Below are positions 25,031 to 36,600 of a stretch of DNA of 64,000 nucleotides, one piece after another (position 1 is the stretch's first letter; each line of letters starts with the position of its first letter). The position numbers and the translations under genes are program-made. The notes below the pieces were generated by a model that saw only the letters and a program-made list of their open reading frames with translations, was not told the DNA's origin and did not search any database. Source of the stretch: Centroscyllium fabricii (lineage: Eukaryota); NCBI GenBank assembly GCA_051313645.2, contig JBNRSN020000012.1, forward strand, positions 68,696,001-68,760,000, written 5' to 3'.

Positions 25031-25561
25031 CAGGTTGAGCACCGTTAATCCGCCACGGGCGGGACCAGGCCCGTGCCGGGAAATGGAAAAAACCGGGAGA
25101 ACGAGTTTGGACACTGCGCATGCGCGCCATTCAAAATGGCCACGCGCATGCACGCAGCATTGCGATTGGCTGGCGCGCGCATGCGCAGATCGGGCACGGG
25201 TCCGCGTTCCCTCTCCATCGCCTTTCGGGTTGCTGCTGCCGCCGAGCCGGACTCAGGCTGACAGCTGTTGCCTAGTGACTGTCCGCCTCAGTCACGGGGC
25301 TCAGCTGTCGAGAAAATAACGGGCGGCCGTATTGAATTATCTGCGCATGCGCTAACCGTCCGGTGACGCATGCGCAGATCATTCAAAACACCCGCAGCTG
25401 TTTTGAATGATCTGCGCATGCGCTGGGCGCATGCGCAGATCATTCGCTGAAGCCACGATGGGGGCTGCCATTTTGCGCATGCGCAGTGCAGTCGAGGCAA
25501 TTTGTGCCGGCAGACTGAAGCTGCCGGCTATTAGGGACACGGATTAACGGTGCTCAACCTG
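25031..25561. mobile_element. pogo/Tigger-like MITE (531 bp)
   Basis: Perfect 22-bp TIR CAGGTTGAGCACCGTTAATCCG; TA at both flanks; CpG-rich interior. Confidence 0.93.
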
Positions 25562-25799
25562 TATAACTGAGCGCTACGTGTTAACCAATGGCTTGTGCAA
25601 ATTCAACATTGCCTCTTTATTTTATTATTTAATGTCCCCCCTCCCCATTTTATGTAACTCAGAATCTCATTTGCCTTCTGGCAAAGGTATCTCCATCCCT
25701 AAGTTTACTCTTTTATTCCTCCACTCTTAAGGGTCTTGCCAATAAGTGTATGCTTCCTTGCACTATTTTTTCCCAAAATATACTACTCCATATTAGTTG

Positions 25800-26150
25800 A
25801 ATCAGCTGAAGATGGTTGGGTCGACGATGCTGCCCTGAGGAACTCCTAAAGCAATGTACTGGTGCTGTGATCAGCCTCTGACAATTACAGCCATCTTCCT
25901 GCGTGTGAAATATGACTCCAACCAGTGAAGGGTTTTCCCTTTGACCTCAGTTTAGATAGGGTTCCTTGTTGCCACACTCAGTCGAATGCTGTCTCGATGT
26001 TGAGGCGTACTATTTTTTTTCCTCCAGTGTTCAGCTCTTTTATCCATCCTGGATAAAGGTTGTGATGTAATCTGGAGCTGAGTTGTTTGGGCAAAACCTG
26101 AACTGAGTGTTAGTGATCTGGTTGAATAGGTGCTGCAGTCCCTACCACTT
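25800..26150 (-). mobile_element. Degraded LINE RT fragment, same family as 46518-49505
   Basis: CAGCTGAAGATGGTTGGG...CCCTGAGGAACTCCT aligns by eye with 47474-47830. Confidence 0.7.
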
Positions 26151-26401
26151 ACACCATCCCCTGTTTTATTCTGGACAGACGTCTATATTGGGCAAATGGC
26201 ACTGACTGTTTTCCATTACCATAAGCATCAATTATAAAGGCGCCGCTTAAACCGTATTAACTGAGACAGCTATTTCAGGCAGCTGTTCGCTGTGCGATTA
26301 CCTGTCAAACGTTGATTGTAAATTGAGAAGCAGTTCCCCTGTCCAATAAACTATCAGTAACCAACATGTAAGAAATCTTATGAAATTAGAGGTTATTGGG
26401 A

Positions 26402-26690
26402 ATAGAAACATAGAAGATAGGAGCAGGAGTAGGCCATTCAGCCCTTCGAGCCTGCTCCGCCATTCAAAGAGATCATGGCCGATCATCCAAACCCAGCACC
26501 CCACCCCTGCCCCCTCCCCATATCCCTTGTTCCCTATCGAGCCTGCACCGACACACATCGCACCCTATCCCCGTAACCCCCACATATTTAATCCCCCTAA
26601 CACTAAGGGTCAATTTATCATGGCCAATCAACCTAACCCGCACATCTTTGGACTGTGGGAGGAAACCGGAGCACCCGGAGGAAACCCACT
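26402..26690 (-). mobile_element. HE1-like SINE, 5'-truncated
   Basis: Reverse complement of the 3' two-thirds of the SINE at 42482. Confidence 0.9.
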
Positions 26691-27027
26691 GACAAGTGTA
26701 TATGGTACTGTATGCTCCAGATTCGGGATTCCCTTCCGTCTGTTCCAGTCACAGTCTAACCGCCTCCGAAATGGTCCAGGGCTTTAATCTCAGCAAATTT
26801 GACAGATGTACCTGTGTACTGACTGCTGGCACAATGTTATAGCGTGCTGCTTTTGAGTTTTACTATGCAGGTAGCCATCATCAGGCTGGTACCGCATTCT
26901 ACAATATGCCAAGTGATGCTCCTGGCACATCATTCTATAGTCCCCATTGAACTAGGGTTGGTTTCTTGCTTGTTGGTGATGGAAGAGTGAGGGCTGTACC
27001 GAGCCAATAGTTTACAGATTTTCATTC

Positions 27028-27316
27028 TATAACCAGGGGACATAACCTTAAAATTAGAGCTAGGCAGTTCAGGGGTGGTCAGGAAGCACTTTTTCATCCA
27101 AAGGGTAGTCGAAATCTGGAACCCTCTCCCCAAAAACCTGTTGAAGCTAGGTCAATTGAAAATTTCAAAAGTGAGATTGATAGATTTTTGTTCGGTAAAG
27201 GTATTAAGGGAGATGGAACCAAGGTGGGTAAATAGAGTTGAGATACAGATCAGCCACGATCTAATTGAATGGTGGAACAGGCTCGAGGGGCTGAATGGCC
27301 TGCTCCTGTTCCTATA
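27028..27316 (+). mobile_element. CR1 LINE 3' end
   Basis: RKHFFIQRVVEIWNPLP followed by the GGCTCGAGGGGCTGAATGGCC tail. Confidence 0.85.
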
Positions 27317-27990
27317 GAGTTCTGCTTATAATGACCCACAGTGTCTCAGTTTTGGACTACTAGATCTATCCATATTTTGTCCCAGTTAACTTGGTAGTAG
27401 TGCCATGCAACCCAATGGAAAGTGCTACGGACAGATGTGCCTGAGACAGGTATAGGTTGGTGAAAACAAGGTCAAGTAGGTTACTGCCTCCTGTTTATTA
27501 CCTCACTACCTGCCACAGGCCCAGTCTGGCAACTATGCCCTTCAGGACGTCCAGCTCAGTGGTGGTACTACTCGGCAGCTAAGTGCCCACCCAGAATACA
27601 TTCTGTGTCCTTTTAGTGGTTTCCCCTTCACTACACTTAATCCCTTCCCCATCTGCTCTCAATTAAATCTCTCCAACATATTCCCGAGTTTACTAGTTTA
27701 AACTCGCGCCCACAAATGTATCTATTTTTGGTGTCAGGTTGGTTCATGTGGAGCCTCAAGGATTTCAGGAATGCCTATAATTGACAAACTGGTCCACAAA
27801 CTTGAATCCCTCCATCCATTCTTCCAATCATGTTTTTAGCTGCATAATCTTCCTTTACCTGTCTGGCATAGAGCATGGCCCTGGTAGTATTCCTGAGAAT
27901 GCTAGTCTTGAGTGCTTAAATAAAAACAGAAAATGCTGGAAAAGACTCAGCAGGTCAGGCAGCATCTGTGGAAAGAGAAACAGAATTAAC

Positions 27991-29063
27991 GGGGGGGAAT
28001 TTCATATCCCCGTGAGGCGGGGTTTTCGGCAGCTCGGCCGACAAAATAGCGCAACCAGTGGGTCGCGACCCTCCCCGCCGCTTTATCATTTTCCCCCGCC
28101 CTGAAACCTTCCCGCCGGCGGGGATGGGTTGTCACCTCGTTAAGGGTCCTTAATTGGCATGTTTAATGGCATTTTAAGGGCCCTCAGCCATTTTGAGCCG
28201 TTTCCCACCCAAACCCCGTCACCTTAAACCCCGCTGGGCGAAACCCAGTGGGAGCACAGCGCTGGTCATTACTTTCTCCTTCAAGGAGTGTTTCCATGGG
28301 AACTGTCAACAACCAGTGCTGGAACTGTCAATCAAGCTCCTCGCAGCCCCGCTGCAGCCTGACTCGATTGAGTCAATTACTACCCGCTGCCGGCGGCGGT
28401 GATTTAACAACTCAATTAAATTAAAATTGCGTGGGCTTCCCAGGTCTTTGGGCGGGCGGGACAGGAACCCGCCCCGACCAATCCCCGCCAGATTCCCGCA
28501 CTTCCGGCAAAATCCCCCCACGGCGGCAGCGGGTGGTAATTGACTCAATCGAGTCAGGCTGCAGCGGGGCTGCGAGGAGCTTGATTGACAGTTCCAGCAC
28601 TGGTTGTTGACAGTTCCCATGGAAACACTCCACTGTGACATCACAGTCGAGTGGAACCAGTGGGAAAGGTCAAGTGCTGGTGACTGACAGGTGGGCGGGC
28701 GGGCTCTGAATCCTTGGCAGCTCGCACCAGCTGTGAGGAAATGTGCAAAGCTGAGATTTCTCAGTTTTTGCCCACAGCTGGTGCAGCCACCACGGAGTCA
28801 CTTACTCCTCTAAGGTGCTGGAGGCATGCCAAGCATTTGGCAGCATGTCCTTCGCACCTTGAAGGAGAAAATAATGACCAGCGCTGCCCAGCGGGGTTTA
28901 AGGTGACGGGTTAGGGTGGGTTTCAGGGCGGGGGAAAATGATAAAGCGGCGGGGATCCGGCCGGGGTGGGGGGGGGGGGGGAGTGTCGCGACCCACTGGT
29001 TGTGCTATTTTGCCTGCCGAGCCACCGAAAACCCCGCCTCACGGGGACATGAAATTCCCCCCC
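27991..29063. mobile_element. PIF/Harbinger-like non-autonomous element with long terminal and internal inverted repeats
   Basis: GGGGGGGAATTTCAT...ATGAAATTCCCCCCC termini with extended sub-terminal symmetry; internal inverted pair ~28285-28400 / ~28520-28631; splits a Penelope-derived repeat (27920-27990 / 29064-29096). Confidence 0.85.
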
Positions 29064-30954
29064 AGAGTTTCAGGTCGACGACCTTTCATCAGAACTAGGC
29101 TTAAGTTCTTGTTTAGCTTTCTTTTTAGCTCCTCATCTTCCCTGTGCTGGATCTTGTTCTAAGCCCTACAGACATTGCTGGTTTCCACATGGATCATGAC
29201 AACTGGCTACTCACCCAACCCTCTCCAAAGTCTGTCGACACATTTCTGGATGCCAGAGAAGTTGGCTAGTTTCAGCCAATTGTGCTCCCACCCTGATTAC
29301 CTATCTACCTTCTGCTTACAGCTTCTGGATTCCTTTCCTCCTCATCGCTTTCTCCCAGCCCTTGATTTTCTTTTTTTTAGCCAAGCTCATCTGTGCTACA
29401 GAATGTCAGGCTTGAAATTTCTTCCCCAGGCTGTGTACGGCATAATGCATTAAACACTTTCCCTAAGTTCAACAGCCTCCTGTAGCAACTTGATGACAAT
29501 TAGTGGAAGTGCATTAATTCTGTTAGCCACACATATTCACCATGGTGAACACACTTTTTTAAATAACCTTTTGAAAATACTCTTCAGTTCAAGTTCAAGT
29601 TTATTGTCACATGTACTAAATACAATCTAGACAGTGAAATGCTTACTGCTACCCGAATGCATTCTTACACCTGTAATGCATGCATTTACCCTTTGCCTTT
29701 TACAAAACTAAATCCAGAAGTGGGTGGTGAAAACATTCTATCAATAGATTATTGGCCATCACCATTTACTCACATTGCCCTCTAAACCTAAAGCAATTTG
29801 AGGAAAAGGAGAGTTAGGGAGAGATCTCGGCAGGCATCCTCTTCAGTTCCTGTCTAACCTTGAGTAGAAGTCAACAGTTTCTGTTGCTTTCACTCATGGT
29901 GCTCTCTGAACCTAAAGCAGTTTCAGTATGTAAGGAGTAGGAGCGTTAGGAAAAACTCTCAGCATGCATCCACTGCTCAATTCCTCAATTTTGCATCAGA
30001 AAATTTGATTTTAACAAATGGTATAACTTGTTCCACTTGAAGTATATTGTTAAAGGTGTAGTTCAGAGTCATCTGTATGCATGTGCTTTGAACAGTGAAA
30101 GAAACAGTTTGATTTTATTGCAAGAGTACAAAATATTAACACGACTCCTCCAAGTCATGTCTGTATTTTTAAGATAGGTGATATTTTCTGTTTTTTTACA
30201 CTGGCTTTATATAATAGTATATGTTCATTTCAAAAGAACCTAATTTTGCACTCTTTATACTGGATAAATCACCATCATATTTCCTGTCTCTTTAGCCATT
30301 TTTGAATTTGCCCATTTTGATCTTCAAATAATTTTTCACTTCTGAGAAGACCAGGTTCTGATTTACTGTAAATATGCTTATCTATATATGCAGCTAAGGA
30401 CATCTAGATTTTATTACCAGCCATGTTCAATAGAGAATAATAGATATTCAAAGATGAATTGCAGATCTGTCAAGAATTGGGTCACTTCAACAAGAAACTC
30501 CATGCGTGGCTGATTCATCTTTGACCAATTTTTTATTCCTTTTGTCAAATATAGTAGGCATCACATCCTAATGAGTTGATTGTACATACAAGGAAACTGT
30601 TAGAGCTGTGATGCCACAGTTGTAGCAACATGATAATATCTGATGTCTAAGCTGAATATTGTAGAACATAGTCCCGTTCTGACAGGAGAAAGTTTAGTTT
30701 ACATTGATAGTGCAACATTATAATCTTGCAGGTATATACTTTAGATAGGGCAATTACGGCTGAAGCAGGAGTGTTGCATTTTTGGATAACCATCATCTGA
30801 ACTTGCTGCTGGTGTGAACTCGGCACACAGCTGGAATAATCACAGTTTAATAACAAAAATAGTAAATGAGAAAATGTACCCTTCGAAGACAGTCGGCTGT
30901 ATTTTTGGCTTAACCTTTTGTCCTACCTCATCTGTTGATATGTGTGGCCTGATA

Positions 30955-31576
30955 TGATATGAATGTAAAAGGTATGATTAGTAAGTTCGCAGACGACACG
31001 AAAATTGATGGAGTGGTAAATAGCGAGGAGGGAAGCCTCTGCAGGACGATATAGATGGGTTGGTCAGATGGGCGGAGCAGTGGCAAATGGAATCTAACCC
31101 TTAAAAGTGTGAGGTGATGCATTTTGGGAGGACTAACAAGGCAAGGGAATACACAATGAATGGTAAGACCTTAAGAAGGACAGCGGATCAGAGGGACGTT
31201 GGTGTGCATGTACATAGATCCCTGAAGGCAGCAGGACAGGTAGATAAGGTGGTTAAAAAGGCATATGGAATACTTGCCTTCATTAGCCGAGGCATAGAAT
31301 ATAAGAGCAGGGAGGTTATGATGGAGCTGTACAAAGTGCTAGTAAGGCCACAGCTGGAATACTGTGTGCAGTTCTGGTCGCCACACTATAGGAAGGATGT
31401 GATTGCTTTGGAGAGGGTGCAGAGGAGATTCACCAGGATGTTACCTGGGCTGGAGCGCTTCAGCTATGAAGAAAGACTGGACAGGCTGGGGTTGTTTTCC
31501 TTGGAGCAGAGAAGGCTGAGGGGGGACCTGATTGAGGTGTACAAAATTATGAGGGGCATAGATAGGGTAGATAGAA
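30955..31576 (+). mobile_element. CR1 LINE RT fragment, joined to an L2-like minus-strand piece at ~31580-31893
   Basis: ORF 31114 closely matches the 6912 ORF (MHFGRTNKAREY, YCVQFWSPHYRKDV). Confidence 0.9.
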
Positions 31577-31909
31577 ACGCCAATAGTGGGGCAAAAGAAA
31601 TTGGAGATGCACAAGAGGCCAGAATTGGAGGAACACAGAGTTCTCGGGGGTTTGTAGGGCTAGAGGAGTTTACAGTGATAGGGAGGCGTGAGGGTGAAAG
31701 ATTTGAACACGAGAATGCGAATTTTAAAACTGAGGATTTAGTGGACCAGGAGCCAATGTAGCACAGGGGTGATGGGTGAACAGGACTTGATGCGTGTTAG
31801 GATACAGGCAGTAGAGTTTTGGATGAGCTCAAGCTTACAGACGATAGATGATGAGAGGCCGGCCAGGAGAGCACTGGAATAGTACAGTTTGGAGGAAAAA
31901 AAAACTAAT

Positions 31910-32736
31910 GGGCCAGAATTTCGTCTGTGCAGGTTGGTGCGTGCGCTAGGACCCTGCGGACACCTATCGCACGCACCAACATCGCACAGAAGTTGCTCCC
32001 TGACTTTCCTCCCCGTTCCTGCGCTGCGTGGCAGTCCAGCCACGCTAGGTGCGCAGTGTATGCCCCGCCCACAGATCCCAAATTTAAATAAAAAACGCCC
32101 CCAGATCCCTCATTTAAATTTAAAAATGCGCATAGATCCCGAGTCGGACCTTTGTGAGAGCAGGGACGTGCGGAGCTGCACTCACAGACTCGGCGGGGAG
32201 CAGCGCGGGCACAGCAGCTTCTCAGAGGAAGAAACGCTAGGTAAGTCTGCCATTTTTTCTCTTAGGTTTTTTATTATAGCTAGATAGTTCAAAATTTCAG
32301 AAATTTAACTTTAAAAATTAGCGATTTGAAACAGGTAAATTAACTTAAAATCGGATTTGTAATTTTTTTTTAAAAACTTCAACTTAAAAATTTAACGCTA
32401 CGAATCTGGCCACATTACTCACAAAAACTGTAAAAAAATTAAAATTAAAGTAAAAAAATTAACTTACCTGCTTTAGTAACTAAATCTTGTCCCTCACGCA
32501 CAAGTTTACTGCTGTTTTTCCCGGGTGCAGCTTGTGGGCCAGTTGCACACAGAATCACTCTCCAAAAATCACCCTTCTGGATTGCAAATTCTGGGTGCAA
32601 CTCACTCCTGCGTTTGATGCTGAGGGCCCTTCTCCCTCAGCATTGGAAATCTCTGTTCCGTGGGTATATCGCACGGGGCATTTTGGACCCCCTCCGTGCG
32701 TGTGCAGCTCCTCTGGGCCACAGGAAATTCTGGCCC
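31910..32736. mobile_element. PIF/Harbinger-like MITE
   Basis: TIR GGGCCAGAATTTC / GAAATTCTGGCCC; 3-bp TSD AAT on both sides. Confidence 0.87.
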
Positions 32737-33024
32737 AATGGAGTGATATTTTCAATGTTCCAATTCAGTGACACAATTCCAAAATTAAGAGAGGGTTTTC
32801 TTATATCCTATGAAACTATACATGATGCTAGTAAAGCCTACTCATGTACGGGAACATTATTCAACTTTTGGATAGACTTGGGCTACTTGAGCTTTATGCA
32901 GAGTTAAGTTGATGAGCAAACAAAATAAATGCTTGGCACAAAAGAAGAAACCAATCTTCCTGGAAGTAGCTTTAGTAATGGAGGAGATGTGGGAATTCCT
33001 TTGAGATTTGAAGAGTTAATGAGT

Positions 33025-33652
33025 CATACAGTAATACAGAATGGAAAGAGGCCCTTCGGCCCATCGCGTCCGTGCCGGCCATCAAGCCCTGTCTATTCTA
33101 ATCCCATTTTCCAGCACTTGGTCCGTAGCCTTCCTCAAATCCCCTCTAAACCTCCGGCCCCTTACCTTGAAATTATGTCCCCCTTGTTATTGACCCTCGT
33201 TAAGTGTTGGCCTTTATCCCAAGGTGGTTGGGATTAAAAAGTGAGGACGTGATGCTTCAGTTGTACAAAGCCTTAGTCAGACTCCATCTGTAGTACTACG
33301 TACAGTTTTGGGCACCGCACCTCAGGGAAGAATATATTTGCTTTAGAGGGGGTACAGCACAGATTCACCTGAATGATACTGGGGCTTAAAGGCTTAAAAT
33401 ATCAGGACTGCTTTCATAAACTTGTCTTGTACTACCTTGAGAAAGAAGGGTGAACGGTGATCTAATTGAGGCGCTGAAAAGAACAAAATGTTTCCATTTA
33501 GATACAAAGAAATTTTGTCTTTTGGTGGGGGAATCCAGAACAAGGGGACGACGCAATGTTAATATTAGACCTCGGCCATTCTGGAGTGAAATCAGGAAGC
33601 ACTTTTTCACACAAAGGGTAGTGGAAAACTGGAGCTTTCCTCCCCCAAAAGA
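33025..33652. mobile_element. Two CR1 fragments (minus-strand tail ~33025-33200, plus-strand RT end ~33225-33650)
   Basis: ORF 33450: GESRTRG...RKHFFTQRVVENW. Confidence 0.75.
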
Positions 33653-33671
33653 CTTTTTTTCATTTTTTTGA

Positions 33672-36600
33672 CCCCTCTTCCCCCCCCCCCCCCGTCCCCT
33701 CTTCGCCCCCGTCCCCTCTTCGCCTTCGCCCCCGTCCCCTCTTCGCCCCCGTCCCCTCTTCGCCCCCGTCCCCTCTTCGCCCCCGTCCCCTCTTCGCCCC
33801 CGTCCCCTCTTCGCCCCCGTCCCCTCTTCGCCCCCGTCCCCTCTTCGCCCCCGTCCCCTCTTCGCCCCCGTCCCCTCTTCGCCCCCGTCCCCTCTTCGCC
33901 CCCGTCCCCTCTTCGCCCCCGTCCCCTCTTCGCCCCCGTCCCCTCTTCGCCCCCGTCCCCTCTTCGCCCCCGTCCCCTCTTCGCCCCCGTCCCCTCTTCG
34001 CCCCCGTCCCCTCTTCGCCCCCGTCCCCTCTTCGCCCCCGTCCCCTCTTCGCCCCCGTCCCCTCTTCGCCCCCGTCCCCTCTTCGCCCCCGTCCCCTCTT
34101 CGCCCCCGTCCCCTCTTCGCCCCCGTCCCCTCTTCGCCCCCGTCCCCTCTTCGCCCCCGTCCCCTCTTCGCCCCCGTCCCCTCTTCGCCCCCGTCCCCTC
34201 TTCGCCCCGTCCCCTCTTCGCCCCCGTCCCCTCTTCGCCCCCGTCCCCTCTTCGCCCCCGTCCCCTCTTCGCCCCCGTCCCCTCTTCGCCCCCGTCCCCT
34301 CTTCGCCCCCGTCCCCTCTTCGCCCCCGTCCCCTCTTCGCCCCCGTCCCCTCTTCGCCCCCGTCCCCTCTTCGCCCCCGTCCCCTCTTCGCCCCCGTCCC
34401 CTCTTCGCCCCCGTCCCCTCTTCGCCCCCGTCCCCTCTTCGCCCCCGTCCCCTCTTCGCCCCCGTCCCCTCTTCGCCCCCGTCCCCTCTTCGCCCCCGTC
34501 CCCTCTTCGCCCCCGTCCCCTCTTCGCCCCCGTCCCCTCTTCGCCCCCGTCCCCTCTTCGCCCCCGTCCCCTCTTCGCCCCCGTCCCCTCTTCGCCCCGT
34601 CCCCTCTTCGCCCCGTCCCCTCTTCGCCCCCGTCCCCTCTTCGCCCCCGTCCCCTCTTCGCCCCCGTCCCCTCTTCGCCCCCGTCCCCTCTTCGCCCCCG
34701 TCCCCTCTTCGCCCCCGTCCCCTCTTCGCCCCCGTCCCCTCTTCGCCCCCGTCCCCTCTTCGCCCCCGTCCCCTCTTCGCCCCCGTCCCCTCTTCGCCCC
34801 CGTCCCCTCTTCGCCCCCGTCCCCTCTTCGCCCCCGTCCCCTCTTCGCCCCCGTCCCCTCTTCGCCCCCGTCCCCTCTTCGCCCCCGTCCCCTCTTCGCC
34901 CCCGTCCCCTCTTCGCCCCCGTCCCCTCTTCGCCCCCGTCCCCTCTTCGCCCCCGTCCCCTCTTCGCCCCCGTCCCCTCTTCGCCCCCGTCCCCTCTTCG
35001 CCCCCGTCCCCTCTTCGCCCCCGTCCCCTCTTCGCCCCCGTCCCCTCTTCGCCCCCGTCCCCTCTTCGCCCCCGTCCCCTCTTCGCCCCCGTCCCCTCTT
35101 CGCCCCCGTCCCCTCTTCGCCCCCGTCCCCTCTTCGCCCCCGTCCCCTCTTCGCCCCCGTCCCCTCTTCGCCCCCGTCCCCTCTTCGCCCCCGTCCCCTC
35201 TTCGCCCCCGTCCCCTCTTCGCCCCCGTCCCCTCTTCGCCCCCGTCCCCTCTTCGCCCCCGTCCCCTCTTCGCCCCCGTCCCCTCTTCGCCCCCGTCCCC
35301 TCTTCGCCCCCGTCCCCTCTTCGCCCCCGTCCCCTCTTCGCCCCCGTCCCCTCTTCGCCCCCGTCCCCTCTTCGCCCCCGTCCCCTCTTCGCCCCCGTCC
35401 CCTCTTCGCCCCCGTCCCCTCTTCGCCCCCGTCCCCTCTTCGCCCCCGTCCCCTCTTCGCCCCCGTCCCCTCTTCGCCCCCGTCCCCTCTTCGCCCCCGT
35501 CCCCTCTTCGCCCCCGTCCCCTCTTCGCCCCCGTCCCCTCTTCGCCCCCGTCCCCTCTTCGCCCCCGTCCCCTCTTCGCCCCCGTCCCCTCTTCGCCCCC
35601 GTCCCCTCTTCGCCCCCGTCCCCTCTTCGCCCCCGTCCCCTCTTCGCCCCCGTCCCCTCTTCGCCCCCGTCCCCTCTTCGCCCCCGTCCCCTCTTCGCCC
35701 CCGTCCCCTCTTCGCCCCCGTCCCCTCTTCGCCCCCGTCCCCTCTTCGCCCCCGTCCCCTCTTCGCCCCCGTCCCCTCTTCGCCCCCGTCCCCTCTTCGC
35801 CCCCGTCCCCTCTTCGCCCCCGTCCCCTCTTCGCCCCCGTCCCCTCTTCGCCCCCGTCCCCTCTTCGCCCCCGTCCCCTCTTCGCCCCCGTCCCCTCTTC
35901 GCCCCCGTCCCCTCTTCGCCCCCGTCCCCTCTTCGCCCCCGTCCCCTCTTCGCCCCCGTCCCCTCTTCGCCCCCGTCCCCTCTTCGCCCCCGTCCCCTCT
36001 TCGCCCCCGTCCCCTCTTCGCCCCCGTCCCCTCTTCGCCCCCGTCCCCTCTTCGCCCCCGTCCCCTCTTCGCCCCCGTCCCCTCTTCGCCCCCGTCCCCT
36101 CTTCGCCCCCGTCCCCTCTTCGCCCCCGTCCCCTCTTCGCCCCCGTCCCCTCTTCGCCCCCGTCCCCTCTTCGCCCCCGTCCCCTCTTCGCCCCCGTCCC
36201 CTCTTCGCCCCCGTCCCCTCTTCGCCCCCGTCCCCTCTTCGCCCCCGTCCCCTCTTCGCCCCCGTCCCCTCTTCGCCCCCGTCCCCTCTTCGCCCCCGTC
36301 CCCTCTTCGCCCCCGTCCCCTCTTCGCCCCCGTCCCCTCTTCGCCCCCGTCCCCTCTTCGCCCCCGTCCCCTCTTCGCCCCCGTCCCCTCTTCGCCCCCG
36401 TCCCCTCTTCGCCCCCGTCCCCTCTTCGCCCCCGTCCCCTCTTCGCCCCCGTCCCCTCTTCGCCCCCGTCCCCTCTTCGCCCCCGTCCCCTCTTCGCCCC
36501 CGTCCCCTCTTCGCCCCCGTCCCCTCTTCGCCCCCGTCCCCTCTTCGCCCCCGTCCCCTCTTCGCCCCCGTCCCCTCTTCGCCCCCGTCCCCTCTTCGCC

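Noticed and set aside
29780-29990. Degenerate ~125-bp tandem duplication (AACCTAAAGCA...GTTAGG...GCATCC)
   Set aside because: Only two diverged copies with no motif or structure suggesting function.
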